The notes: a model not told the origin generated them from the letters alone. 64,000 nt of DNA from a virus (IMGVR_UViG_3300023283_000173:16495-80494); one strand, 5' to 3'; positions 9,315 to 19,171 are shown, counted from the first letter of the stretch. Translations and numbers: made by a program.

Positions 9315-10497
9315 CCGTGTTCTCCTCTGTAAGTTTTCGCTTCACCAGACATGTCGCCGCCTTGACGACCGAGGCATGAGACATCTCGCCTCCCTCGCTA
9401 TACGGTAGCTGACCGATCGCACCCAGCAATTCGTCCTCACCGACGTGCACGCCGTACTCGTCGAACGTCGAGAGGAACACACCTGCGAACTCCATGGCAG
9501 CCTCGAGGTCGAGACCCGCGAGTACCATTGTGTCGTCGACCCTACCCTCCCTGTACAGCTCGGGCGGAATCTTCCTGCGGTCATTGGTCGTCATGACCGT
9601 GAGTACGCGGCTCTCATGCTCGGCCAGCCACCACAGCAGTTGCGACATCATGGTCGACGTCGTTCCGCTCGAGTCGCTCATGCTCGACGCGAACACCTTC
9701 TCTACTTCATCCAGCAGCACCACACAGGGCTGCTCGTCGTCGAGCTGTGCCAGAGCTGTCGACAGTCGTCTCTCCGACTCGCCGACGTACTTGTTCTTCG
9801 CGGAGCCCACGTCCAGCCTGTAGAGAGGTACGCCTAGCGTTCTGGCCAGGTACTTGGCTCCCTCGGTCTTCCCCACACCAGGCATCCCGTCGAACAGCAG
9901 TCCGCGAGGTATCATCCGAGGGTCCTGAGAGTAGAGGAAGAACTCACCCTCCCTCTCGACCCAGTCCACTAGGTCGGGCGTCGGTATGTAGAAACTTCCG
10001 TCCAGGGTGACCTGGTACAGACCGTTCGAGTCCTGGAACAGATCCCTTCGCGAATGCAGCGTCCCGCTGGTCGTTACCTCTCCATCCCGCGCCAGGGTGA
10101 GCTGGAGGACGTCGCTGGTCTCCTTCAGGGTCAGTCCCCCGAGAGACCTCATGATCTGCTCTGTGCGGCCCTCGTCGACGACCCTGGAGACCACGGACCG
10201 CTTCAGAACCTGCGGTACAGGCAACTCGCCGACGTGCGTCACGTAGTCGGCCGTAGACTTCGGGTTCACCATGACGAGAGTCGATCCGACGGACAGCAAC
10301 TTCGAGCAGGCCGGTCTCGCCGGAGGCTTGTCAGGCTCTATCTGCACGTATAGCGCCTTCGGTACAGGGGTCGCCACCGACCCCTGCTTGCACGTCTTCT
10401 TGTCGACGACGTACTCGATCACCGTGTTGGCGTTGATCGTGTCGCGCGTAGACACCGACACGACCGGTATCATTGCCTTTACTGCAAGATCTAGCAT
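9307..10497 (-). CDS. AAA+ ATPase (Ycf46-like)
   Basis: Walker A GMPGVGKT, Walker B VVLLDEVEK, TTN sensor, PPELYREGRVD second region of homology. Confidence 0.85.
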   Translation of the reverse strand: MLDLAVKAMIPVVSVSTRDTINANTVIEYVVDKKTCKQGSVATPVPKALYVQIEPDKPPARPACSKLLSVGSTLVMVNPKSTADYVTHVGELPVPQVLKRSVVSRVVDEGRTEQIMRSLGGLTLKETSDVLQLTLARDGEVTTSGTLHSRRDLFQDSNGLYQVTLDGSFYIPTPDLVDWVEREGEFFLYSQDPRMIPRGLLFDGMPGVGKTEGAKYLARTLGVPLYRLDVGSAKNKYVGESERRLSTALAQLDDEQPCVVLLDEVEKVFASSMSDSSGTTSTMMSQLLWWLAEHESRVLTVMTTNDRRKIPPELYREGRVDDTMVLAGLDLEAAMEFAGVFLSTFDEYGVHVGEDELLGAIGQLPYSEGGEMSHASVVKAATCLVKRKLTEENTDD

Positions 10498-10532
10498 CCA
10501 CCCTCCTTGGTGTAGATGTTGGTTACTTACCT

Positions 10533-10561
10533 ATACTATACTCTATAGCGCGGACAGGCAA
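10533..10561 (-). promoter_or_regulatory. Sigma70-like promoter
   Basis: TTGCCT-17-TAGTAT followed by ACCAAGGAGGG RBS. Confidence 0.6.
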
Positions 10562-10570
10562 GAGAAAAGT

Positions 10571-10879
10571 CTACGCGACCGTGACCGTCACGCCCCCGCC
10601 GGACACACTCACGAGCTCGGCCTTGAAGAACGGCATCCGCACCGTGAGGTTGGTCACGCCGACGGCACTGATCGCCCCGCCGACGTCGTTCCAGCTCACC
10701 CCGTCGATCGACTGCCGAGGCTGAATCGAGAAGGTCGGCGTACCGCTCGTCGTCCGCACCTCCAGCGTTGCCTCGTCGAAGCGGAGCGTCGCGTGCTTGT
10801 ACTCCGGGTTGTTTACGACCACCCCGTCGCCCGGTGCCGTGGCGTCGTCATGGAGTACCCTCGGACTCTTCACCACCAT
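10571..10879 (-). CDS. Hypothetical beta-rich protein
   Basis: ATG with AGGAG RBS; last gene of the lysis block. Confidence 0.6.
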   Translation of the reverse strand: MVVKSPRVLHDDATAPGDGVVVNNPEYKHATLRFDEATLEVRTTSGTPTFSIQPRQSIDGVSWNDVGGAISAVGVTNLTVRMPFFKAELVSVSGGGVTVTVA

Positions 10880-10893
10880 CGTCCTGTCCTCTC

Positions 10894-11640
10894 CTACTGC
10901 GCTCCGTCGACGACCTCTTCGAACGTCCTACGGTACTCCTCGTACAACTCTCTGTGCAAGTCCCTATCCCCCTCTGCGGACCTGCGGAGTAGCAGGGCGT
11001 AGGTCTGCACGCTCTTCATCCACGCCAGCAGGTCGAACAGACCGCGGCGCGTGAACCCCGTGATCTCCCAGTGACACGCGTCGTCCTCGCTCAGGTTAGG
11101 ATACTGCTCCTCTACCTCCTCCCGCGTGTACCCCCGTCCGATCATGTCATAGGCGTCGCAGACCTCCCGGAGGAACTCGGCGTAGTCCGCGGTGACGGTA
11201 ACGGCCATGGAGACTTCGGGGTCTCCGGCAGCGGCTGCACGCTCGGCACAGGCGGCAACGGAATCACGATCGGCGCCTGCCTCGACCTCGCACATGACGC
11301 GCTGAACGTCACGATACACACGATCGCCGACAGCCGCAGGGTTCTCTCGAGCACGTCTCTCATACTGCTGCTCCAGGTCTCTCAGCCGCCTCTGCATCTC
11401 GGCCTCGGCCTCGAGGGCCGTTCTGCGACTCTCCAGGTGGGCCTCGGCACGCTCCTCTCGCAGGGTCCTGAGTTTCTCCTCGTACTCGGCCTCCTGCCTC
11501 GACAGCTCCGCCCTAATACGGTTCTCCGCACTCTCCCTGACCAGGTTGTTATATCCTACGACGAGCTCCCTAAGGCCGAGGAACAGGGCGGGTACCGCCA
11601 CGAGCCCGGCGACGGCGGCGAATATCGCACGGGCGGTCAT
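10894..11640 (-). CDS. Inner-membrane spanin (Rz-like)
   Basis: N-terminal TM helix (IFAAVAGLVAVPALFLGL) then long coiled coil; follows holin with ATGA overlap. Confidence 0.7.
   Translation of the reverse strand: MTARAIFAAVAGLVAVPALFLGLRELVVGYNNLVRESAENRIRAELSRQEAEYEEKLRTLREERAEAHLESRRTALEAEAEMQRRLRDLEQQYERRARENPAAVGDRVYRDVQRVMCEVEAGADRDSVAACAERAAAAGDPEVSMAVTVTADYAEFLREVCDAYDMIGRGYTREEVEEQYPNLSEDDACHWEITGFTRRGLFDLLAWMKSVQTYALLLRRSAEGDRDLHRELYEEYRRTFEEVVDGAQ
11142..11363 (-). CDS. Embedded outer-membrane spanin lipoprotein (Rz1-like)
   Basis: Alternate frame inside Rz; GGAG RBS; hydrophobic LSAIVCIVTFSAS-C lipobox-like site followed by Pro-rich mature part. Confidence 0.55.
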   Translation of the reverse strand: MRDVLERTLRLSAIVCIVTFSASCARSRQAPIVIPLPPVPSVQPLPETPKSPWPLPSPRTTPSSSGRSATPMT

Positions 11641-11903
11641 CTGATCTTGTCCAGTATGTTCTTGTCGTCGATCACGGCCCCGAACACGTACACGCAGACG
11701 ATCACGATCAACGTCAGATACGACATCGTCATGGCGGTCTCCGCGGGCTCCGTGTCGACTCCTGTAGCCAGTATGTAGCATACCGTGGCCATGCAGAACA
11801 GGCCTATCACGAACATCACGAGGCGCCGCATCTTCCAGCTACCGTGGTGCTGTAGATTGATCGTCTCTCTCGCGTCTGCAGTCAACTGCACGTCCTCAGT
11901 CAT
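11637..11903 (-). CDS. Holin
   Basis: 88 aa, two hydrophobic helices, charged C-terminus, between endolysin and spanin. Confidence 0.75.
   Translation of the reverse strand: MTEDVQLTADARETINLQHHGSWKMRRLVMFVIGLFCMATVCYILATGVDTEPAETAMTMSYLTLIVIVCVYVFGAVIDDKNILDKIR
11877..11890 (-). promoter_or_regulatory. 14-bp element TGCAGTTGACTGCA, copy 1 of 8
   Basis: Exact match within the first codons of the holin gene. Confidence 0.8.
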
Positions 11904-12450
11904 AGGCTCGTCTCAACCACCCCCGCAAGAACTTCTCCATGCTCGGACGCCTCGTCGCCAGCACGCGGTAGAAGCCGGCCATCTCCGACCTGAAGGAGGC
12001 CACCACACAGGCCGGTGCTCCGACAGCCCACAAGGCACTCTCGGTCTTCGGACCGACTATACCGTCGTCGTCCAGGTCGCCCCCTCCGGCGGCTCTTATC
12101 GCCCTCTGGAGGAGGCGATGCGCAGTGCGAGGCCCCATGTTCACGCACGCGTCGAACACCTTCTCGCCGACCCCGACCGGCATCTTCTCGTAGTCGTACC
12201 TATCCCAGAACTCTGTCCTGTACAGCTCGACCGCCTGCTCCCTCGTAAGCCCGCGCACGTCGTCCGCATCGACGTCCCCGTCGCCGTCCGCGTCCAGGTC
12301 GATCCCCGCGACGTTCGTACCGGATAGGCGCGCCCGCAGGAACCTCAACGACACGCCCCAGTTCGTCGCCCCACCGGGATCGTCAGGATCGTCCACGAAG
12401 CCGCCCTCGTGATCCAATACCCTCCGAACCGCCTCGTCGAACCTGTTCAT
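11896..12450 (-). CDS. Endolysin, glycoside hydrolase family 108 with peptidoglycan-binding domain
   Basis: HEGGFVDDPDDPGGATNWGVS; FDACVNMG; LQRA...DDDGIVGPKT; FLRGWLRR. Confidence 0.92.
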   Translation of the reverse strand: MNRFDEAVRRVLDHEGGFVDDPDDPGGATNWGVSLRFLRARLSGTNVAGIDLDADGDGDVDADDVRGLTREQAVELYRTEFWDRYDYEKMPVGVGEKVFDACVNMGPRTAHRLLQRAIRAAGGGDLDDDGIVGPKTESALWAVGAPACVVASFRSEMAGFYRVLATRRPSMEKFLRGWLRRAYD

Positions 12451-12884
12451 CGCATCCTCTCGCACTCTGGCGGCGTCCAGACGTTGCCCGTCAGCAGCAG
12501 GTACTCGTGGCGCATCTCCTCGATCTGGTCGAACAGCAGTGAGGCGGCTGCGCGGGCACTCGGGTCGTCCTTTACGTCGCAGTACTGACGCTGGTAGTTG
12601 ATCAGGTTCAGCCGCATGTCGCGCTCCTCCATGCGGTCCCAGCGCGCCATGAGTCGGGTAAACTTCGCGTCGAGCTCGTCGAACTGACTGTTCACCTCCT
12701 GCGCCTGCGCGTAACCGGACAGATACGGTACGAGACCCTTGCTGGCAGCTACGTGTCCGACGACGCCCAGCAGCAGGACCAGGTTGAGTACCAGTAGCAC
12801 CTTAATGGCGTTGACCAGTCGCATCTCGAAGTCCTCCTCGCCGGGACGCCTCGGCCACAGCGATCTGAAGTACACCCTGATCAT
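12447..12884 (-). CDS. Single-pass membrane protein at the head of the lysis cassette
   Basis: TM helix IKVLLVLNLVLLLGVVG then coiled coil; ATGA overlap with endolysin. Confidence 0.65.
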   Translation of the reverse strand: MIRVYFRSLWPRRPGEEDFEMRLVNAIKVLLVLNLVLLLGVVGHVAASKGLVPYLSGYAQAQEVNSQFDELDAKFTRLMARWDRMEERDMRLNLINYQRQYCDVKDDPSARAAASLLFDQIEEMRHEYLLLTGNVWTPPECERMR

Positions 12885-12917
12885 GTCTGCGACTCCGCGT
12901 ATCATCCGAACACCCCG

Positions 12918-12956
12918 TGAAGCGTAGCATTCCGGAAAACTCGGTCCAACCGCAAC
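12918..12956 (-). promoter_or_regulatory. Class B promoter element upstream of lysis cassette
   Basis: 38/39 identical to 5331-5369; TTGGAC-17-TACGCT. Confidence 0.7.
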
Positions 12957-13039
12957 TCTCCGTCGCGACCGAGCATAGCACAACCTGTAGGTCGAGACCA
13001 AAGAGCCAGAAACACACTGGCCGGTATCCGGACCAGGTA

Positions 13040-13411
13040 CTACACTCTATCACCCTCCGTCCTCTGACCCTGCGCCAGCGCATGCCACCGCTCTCGCGTC
13101 ATCACCGCGCCGTTGATCTCGCGGCCTTCACGCACCCATTGGACCCAGCAACAGTCGCCGACGAATGTATATCCGGGCAGCCGGCCGCGCACGTCAGTCA
13201 GGCAGACGTCCGGCCTCGCCGCTCCGCAGCACGGACACATCACCCGCGTCTGTAGCCCGACTTGTTTCCGAGGCAGCGCGAGAGGCTCCAGCTCGTCGGG
13301 CAGAGTACGCGTCTGCCGCTTGAGGCGGACCGACACAGTCTCGACGATCTCCGCCCGCTCGCGGTCGGTCCGCCCCTCCCAGACATCCCGATAGCTCCGC
13401 GTCGCCATCAT
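13040..13411 (-). CDS. Hypothetical protein with Cys pairs
   Basis: CPCC and DCC motifs; ATGA overlap with tail tip gene. Confidence 0.55.
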   Translation of the reverse strand: MMATRSYRDVWEGRTDRERAEIVETVSVRLKRQTRTLPDELEPLALPRKQVGLQTRVMCPCCGAARPDVCLTDVRGRLPGYTFVGDCCWVQWVREGREINGAVMTRERWHALAQGQRTEGDRV

Positions 13412-16400
13412 CCGATCTCCGATTCGAATGTCATGTCCGGCGTGCCCGTAGGCGTCGCGGTCTCCTCCGTCGGGCTACTGTCGTCCTCCTCCCAGGTCAC
13501 GTTCGTCAGGCTGTCGAGTCCGCCTGGCGCGCCGCTCTGGTCGATCAGTTCGATCGCGAACTCGCGGCCCGAGTGGGCCGTCACGTCGTTGCCGACCGTT
13601 TTCGTCGTGGAAACGGATGTGTTGGCACCGGCGCTAATCTGAGCCGTCCCGACCGAGACCCAGCCGCCGCCCTCGTTGATGAAAAACTCAAACGTCAGGT
13701 TGGTGAACTGGTCCGGAAACCCGTCGCCGTCGGTGTCCTCGCTGGTAGCCTGGATATCATAGTTCCACGTCGCCTTGCCGTCGTTCGGCGCCGCGGTCGT
13801 ACTGATGCCCGCCTCCCACCTGATCCCGCTGATTAACACGCCGGCGCCCGACTGCTTGGTCGTCGTGCCCGTGCTCTGGCCGACGATCTTGAGCGACGCG
13901 GTAAACCCCGTCACACTGAGATTCTCGGGCACAAACTTGGGCGAAAAACCGTCTTTCTGGATGCCGCCCGAGAACGCAACCTTCGGTGGGGCGAGGTAGG
14001 GATTCGCAAACGCGACTACGTCGCCGTCGCGCAGGGTGGCAGATTCGAGGCCGAACCGTCCCGGCCGCGCCACTTCCGAACCCTGGTTCATCAGGATGCC
14101 GGCGACGAGCTGGGCTTGCTGCGTGAGCGAGCCGAGGCTGCGGATCGCCGCGTCGCTCAGGCCGCCGGTGACGGGCTGGGGCGAGAGGACCACGTCGTCG
14201 GCCGTCTCGCGCTGGCTGCGGAACGGCGGCTCCTCGAAGGGCAGGGCCTTGGGGCCGCGGTTGAGCATCAACGCTCTACTGAATGCGGTCTCAGTCGTGT
14301 CACGATTCTGCTCAAATACCGCAACAAATGCGGTGCCAGCCGGTATCTCAACCCCTTCAATTGTCGCATCTTGTGGTATATCGCTATTTATATCAGCGCT
14401 CGTCGGCTGCGAAATATTTACGGAATTGCTATCGCGGAATCGCAAAAATAACCGAACGCGATCAGCACCCGTGGCAGACCACAGCTTAGCTCGTGCTGAC
14501 AGGAGCTCTCCGATCTCGAGCTCCAAAACATCAAGCGGAATATCTATATTGCCGTCGCGTAAATTGAATGTCGTCGTCCATGAATTCTCGGGTCCCGTGT
14601 TGGGCCCGAGCAGGTTCTGGCCCCTGCTCTTGCTGTCCGCCTCCACATCTTCCGCCGGGGTGTTAACCACCATATCCCCGGCCAGCAACCCGTCCTGGAA
14701 ACTGAGCCTACCGCTCTCGTTGATCAGTTTCGGGGCGCTGTCGGGCAGGAACGCTTGAGCGAACAACTGCGCCTCATCAATCTGTTCCGAGCTCGAGACA
14801 CAGCCGATGCCGACAATGATGGTGTCGGCGTCTGGCGTCCAATCGGCGATGGTGGAGGCGTTGAGCGCCTTCCACTGGCCCGATTTGTCGCGCCAGACGA
14901 AGGCCCAGTTCCCCTCATCGGCAGCCGGCAAGATTGGGAACACCGTGCCGCGCCGCGCCTTGTCATAGGCGACCCACATCACGCCGTTCCCGGTAGCTCC
15001 GGGGTTCAGGATGTTCGTGGTCGCAGTACTCCCGTCGTTGACGAAATCGACGACCTCGCCGTTGAACACGATCCGCGCCGGGGTAGTGACTGAACGGTTC
15101 CCAGCCGCGTCGATCCCCTGCAGCGTCACCTCGCCGGGGCTGTCTCCGGGGTCTTGGCCAATCCCGACCCACGAGTTGGGGACCAACATGCCCGTGTTCG
15201 ACCTGTTGTCGGCCAGTAACTCCGACGGCGTGACGCTCTGCTCGGCGGCCATCGTCACCTGCTCGTCGTCGAATGCGTCGAAGGAACCGACCCTCACGAA
15301 GCGCTGCGCGGTGTCCCCGACCTGCACCTCTGGCCGCCTCTCGGGTCCCTTGTGTACCAGAGTGGTCGCGTCCGGGGTAAAGCCGGACGTGTCGGAGACG
15401 TGTACCTCGAACCCTGCCAGGTCGTCGTCCCCGGGCGGGACTATGCTCACCTTGAGAGCCTGCGGGAGCGCGGTCAGACTGAACGCCGGAGCCGCCGGCT
15501 GCGGGTTACTCACGACCAGGCTCTGTCCGGGGCTCACCCTCTCGAACTTATCGCGGTAGAACACACGGACCTCAAATGAGCGCACCGGTCCGGACCCATC
15601 GACCTTCCTGTTGTCGAGCTGGTTCTTCTTCATCGAGTAGACGTACTCGGTGGCGACCACGCTCTCCTGCCGCAGGATCGTCCCGTCGGTCCGCCTGACC
15701 TCGACGAGCACGTCCTTCATCATAGGGTCGACCACGCCCTTGCCCGAGTCCTGCGTCCCGGCGACGACGTCGAGCAGGTCTCCGGCCGGCGTCCTGACGT
15801 CCCACTCGAAGTGCGCGTCTGTACCGTCGAACTGCGTCCCACCGTCCTCGAGGGTCAGGTTTTCGATCGAGCCCCCGGCCAGCTCCTCGGTAGTCGGCAC
15901 GATCGGCACGTCGACCGAGACCTCGACCCGGTCGGAACGCGTGCCCAGCGCGTTTATCTGCTGTACGGTGATCTCGTAGGTGCCGAACTTCACCTCCGGT
16001 ATCACCGCGGACGACGTCGCCACCGTCGGCAGGGTCGTCCAGTTGTCGTCGTTCCTGCGAAACCGGACGAGGTACACGTCGGTGCCCGGGTCTGGACGCG
16101 GTTCCACGCTGTTCGGGTCCAGCGGGAAGTCCCAGTCGACCTTGATGCGCCGGTCTACCCTGTCGGCCTGCACGATGCTGATCGGAACTGCCGTCACGTT
16201 GCGGACTGGAGGTGCCTTCGTCGGATCCGGGAGCGTCATGCGCTCCTCCCGGTCCACGTCCATGCCGCGGTCGATCACGTCGTGCTTGGTCTCGTCGTAG
16301 ACCTTGGCGATCACCTCGACCCAGACCTCGTCGACCGGCTCAACCGAGATCACCACGAACTCCTCCGGCACGAAGCCCTGCTCTATCAGCAGGTACACCT

Positions 16401-18423
16401 CTCCCGGCACGACGGCGGTCGCGGGGGTCTCCGCAAGCGTCACCTGGTCGCCGGACCAGGACGCCGACAGCTCCTCTATAGTCCCGTCCATGTGCTCCAC
16501 GTGGAACGTACCGCTCCCGTCGGCCTCGACCGAGCGGTCCAGGGTGACGACGTCGACACCGTCGAAGTCGACGACGCGACCTGCAGCCACCGCGTTCCCG
16601 CGCGCCTCGTCGGCGATCAGTATGTGATCTCCAGGCGCTACTCCCGTCGCCCCGTCCTCGCCTCCGCGCTCCAGGTAGTCATGGTCCCACGCCGCCTGAT
16701 ACGACACGACCTCGTCCTCGACCTCCTGACTGCGCAGGAAGTGCAGTCCCTGCCTCCTGGCCTGCGTCCGAGAAGCTATGCCGATCGACCCGAGCTCTTT
16801 CACGCGAAAACCGAACTTGCGTCGCAGGTCGTTGTCCTCGACCGTCTCCACCGCCTTCTTGAACAGGTTGTCCGGGTCCGCGTACGACACCTCGACGACC
16901 GAGTAGCGCTGTCTCTCGCTCTCGCCGCTGTAGTTGAAGTCCCCGTCGCGCACGTTGCTGTTGGTGACCAGCTTCACGGGCGACCTGGGCTGATCGGGTA
17001 CGGCCCACGCCTTGGCGTCGACCCAGTACAACATGCCCCGGAAGGTCGACACGAGTTCGGAGAGCAGGTGGAACGCCTCTCCGCGGTTGCGGATCGCTGC
17101 GTTCATCGCGAAGCGCGGCTCCACCTCGTCCGCAGTAGGACTCGTCCCCGTCGGGTCCTGTCCCGGATCGGAGCCCAGGTCGAGCACGAAAGTCGTGTCG
17201 TCCGTCACACTGTCTACGAAGAAGTGGTCGTTGTAGAACGCCTGGTCGAACCCGTCGAGCATCACGTACTGCCAGCGACCGTCCCGGCTCAGGCGGTGAC
17301 CGGTCGCCGTGCTAACGGTCAGTCTGTCTCCGTTCCTGACCGTCGTCGAGACGTCTCGTACACCCTTGCCCCTGCTGATCATCTCGTCCGACCACTTGCC
17401 GAGCTTGAACAGGGTCGGGTCGTCTATCAGGCTCTCATCGACCCAGTTACCGAGTCCGAAGCGAGGGTGCAGCAGCATGAGTCGGAGGCAGAAAGAGGGG
17501 TTGTTCGAGTACACGAGGTCCGGGTCCGGCACACCACCCTCGTCCACTAGTTGTCCCGGCGTCCAGGTCCCATCCCAGGCGCCCGAGAACTTGCGCTGCC
17601 GAGGATCATAGTTCGACGGCACCTGCATGAGCGACCCGAACAGGTGGTACTGCCTGTTCGGCAGGCGGTTGCCGAACTGCTTGGCGTCGAACTCGGTACC
17701 TACGACGGCCCGGTCCTCGTAGTTCACCTTCAGCTCCAGTACCTTGGTGTACCTGGCGAACTTGATATCGTTCGTGGTCTTCACACTGGTGGCCTCGGGC
17801 GTGGTCCGGGTCACCCTTATCTCGATCATGCCCGGATCTGAGATCGGCACCCGGAAGTCGCGCTCGAAGAACTTACTCTGCTTACCGCGAATCGTGGCCT
17901 CTCCGACCTCCTCGAAGGCACTGCTGTTCTGAGCTCTCTCGATTTTGAACGTGACGGACGTCCCGACTACATCACCGTCCTCCTCGACCTTGAGGAAGGA
18001 GTCGGTACTGATCGTCACGATTACGGCGGTCGTCTCGACGTCGTTGAAGGAGATTGTGACGGGCGTGTCCGCCGGCAGGTCCTGGGCGACCTGGACCGTG
18101 GTGCGCACGTCGTCGAACCCCGGCAGCGCCGGCTGGTCTCCGGTGCCGTTGTTCATGAACACGACCACGCCCTCGAAGTTGGCGACGCCGTCCAGAGACC
18201 GCATCCTCGTCTGATTCAGAAATATCGAGCTGTCATCCTTGACGAGACCGCCGATAGGACCCTCGGCCACCAGGTCCACCACGCGACCCGTGATATTGCT
18301 CTTGAGACTGTCGGGGGCCTCCTCAGGCGACCCTCCACCCTTACCGCCGCCGGCACCGGACGGTCGGAAGACGACCTCTACCCCCTCATCTACGCGAGCT
18401 TGACTAGAATATGAATCGGCCAT
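13408..18423 (-). CDS. Tail tip/central fibre protein (lambda J-like)
   Basis: DLVAEGPIGGL, VPSNYDP...Y/F.G.WDG, NNP, YSVVEVSYADP, FN3-like segments; about 1670 aa after M-L-K-I genes. Confidence 0.92.
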   Translation of the reverse strand: MADSYSSQARVDEGVEVVFRPSGAGGGKGGGSPEEAPDSLKSNITGRVVDLVAEGPIGGLVKDDSSIFLNQTRMRSLDGVANFEGVVVFMNNGTGDQPALPGFDDVRTTVQVAQDLPADTPVTISFNDVETTAVIVTISTDSFLKVEEDGDVVGTSVTFKIERAQNSSAFEEVGEATIRGKQSKFFERDFRVPISDPGMIEIRVTRTTPEATSVKTTNDIKFARYTKVLELKVNYEDRAVVGTEFDAKQFGNRLPNRQYHLFGSLMQVPSNYDPRQRKFSGAWDGTWTPGQLVDEGGVPDPDLVYSNNPSFCLRLMLLHPRFGLGNWVDESLIDDPTLFKLGKWSDEMISRGKGVRDVSTTVRNGDRLTVSTATGHRLSRDGRWQYVMLDGFDQAFYNDHFFVDSVTDDTTFVLDLGSDPGQDPTGTSPTADEVEPRFAMNAAIRNRGEAFHLLSELVSTFRGMLYWVDAKAWAVPDQPRSPVKLVTNSNVRDGDFNYSGESERQRYSVVEVSYADPDNLFKKAVETVEDNDLRRKFGFRVKELGSIGIASRTQARRQGLHFLRSQEVEDEVVSYQAAWDHDYLERGGEDGATGVAPGDHILIADEARGNAVAAGRVVDFDGVDVVTLDRSVEADGSGTFHVEHMDGTIEELSASWSGDQVTLAETPATAVVPGEVYLLIEQGFVPEEFVVISVEPVDEVWVEVIAKVYDETKHDVIDRGMDVDREERMTLPDPTKAPPVRNVTAVPISIVQADRVDRRIKVDWDFPLDPNSVEPRPDPGTDVYLVRFRRNDDNWTTLPTVATSSAVIPEVKFGTYEITVQQINALGTRSDRVEVSVDVPIVPTTEELAGGSIENLTLEDGGTQFDGTDAHFEWDVRTPAGDLLDVVAGTQDSGKGVVDPMMKDVLVEVRRTDGTILRQESVVATEYVYSMKKNQLDNRKVDGSGPVRSFEVRVFYRDKFERVSPGQSLVVSNPQPAAPAFSLTALPQALKVSIVPPGDDDLAGFEVHVSDTSGFTPDATTLVHKGPERRPEVQVGDTAQRFVRVGSFDAFDDEQVTMAAEQSVTPSELLADNRSNTGMLVPNSWVGIGQDPGDSPGEVTLQGIDAAGNRSVTTPARIVFNGEVVDFVNDGSTATTNILNPGATGNGVMWVAYDKARRGTVFPILPAADEGNWAFVWRDKSGQWKALNASTIADWTPDADTIIVGIGCVSSSEQIDEAQLFAQAFLPDSAPKLINESGRLSFQDGLLAGDMVVNTPAEDVEADSKSRGQNLLGPNTGPENSWTTTFNLRDGNIDIPLDVLELEIGELLSARAKLWSATGADRVRLFLRFRDSNSVNISQPTSADINSDIPQDATIEGVEIPAGTAFVAVFEQNRDTTETAFSRALMLNRGPKALPFEEPPFRSQRETADDVVLSPQPVTGGLSDAAIRSLGSLTQQAQLVAGILMNQGSEVARPGRFGLESATLRDGDVVAFANPYLAPPKVAFSGGIQKDGFSPKFVPENLSVTGFTASLKIVGQSTGTTTKQSGAGVLISGIRWEAGISTTAAPNDGKATWNYDIQATSEDTDGDGFPDQFTNLTFEFFINEGGGWVSVGTAQISAGANTSVSTTKTVGNDVTAHSGREFAIELIDQSGAPGGLDSLTNVTWEEDDSSPTEETATPTGTPDMTFESEIG

Positions 18424-19171
18424 GGAAGAACGCCCCTCCTCCGAACCTGTTGAACCCTGTCGTCGGCGGAGACACCGCGCCGGTCGACGAGGACTCCAGC
18501 GCAGACGAGACGACGACACCTCCCGTCACGACCTCACCCAGCAGTACCGGTATCGTCGCGCCCTCCCTGTTCACAGCAATCGGCGCCCCGAAAGTGAAGC
18601 TCGACGGCGAGTCCTCGTCGGCGCCGGACGAGGGCTGCTTAGCGACCAGGTTCGACAGGCCCCCGAGGGCGAAGGCGGCCCCGAGGACCGTGAGCGTCCC
18701 GAACGTGACGGTAGTCCCCAACGCGGTGAACGCGGTAGCCCCGAATCCGGCCTGGATACCGGCGGCTGCGGGAGAGACGCCGAGCGCGGCCGCCGCAGAG
18801 GCCTGCGCGCCGGTGGTCGTACCGGCTGCAGAGGTAGCCAGCGCGCCGCCTATGCCCGTGGCGAGCAGTGCCCCCCCGATCGCTATCTGGAAGATCGCCT
18901 TACCGGTGCGACTCTTACCTCCGACCATGGCCGGCACGAAGTGGAAGTCTCCGGCTTCTCGCGGGATCGTGACCTCTGCCGGCATGATCTCCCTGCTCGG
19001 AGCCGGCTCGTCTCCGACCGCCACGTGCCACCACCCACGGCGTACGTCGAGCTCGAACTCAGGGTAGTTACAGGTCATCACCTGTACCGCGTCCTTCGGG
19101 GACCAGGCGGCCAGTCTGTGCTCGTGACCGTACTTGTCCGCCAGCGGACCGTACAGGAACACGCCGCGCAT
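18404..19171 (-). CDS. Tail assembly protein I-like
   Basis: LYGPLADKYG, HFVPAMVGG, Gly/Ala-rich middle, IPVLLGEVVTGG. Confidence 0.85.
   Translation of the reverse strand: MRGVFLYGPLADKYGHEHRLAAWSPKDAVQVMTCNYPEFELDVRRGWWHVAVGDEPAPSREIMPAEVTIPREAGDFHFVPAMVGGKSRTGKAIFQIAIGGALLATGIGGALATSAAGTTTGAQASAAAALGVSPAAAGIQAGFGATAFTALGTTVTFGTLTVLGAAFALGGLSNLVAKQPSSGADEDSPSSFTFGAPIAVNREGATIPVLLGEVVTGGVVVSSALESSSTGAVSPPTTGFNRFGGGAFFHGRFIF

Noticed and set aside
13408-15200. Diversity-generating retroelement target in the tail tip
   Set aside because: No reverse transcriptase and no template/variable repeat pair seen.
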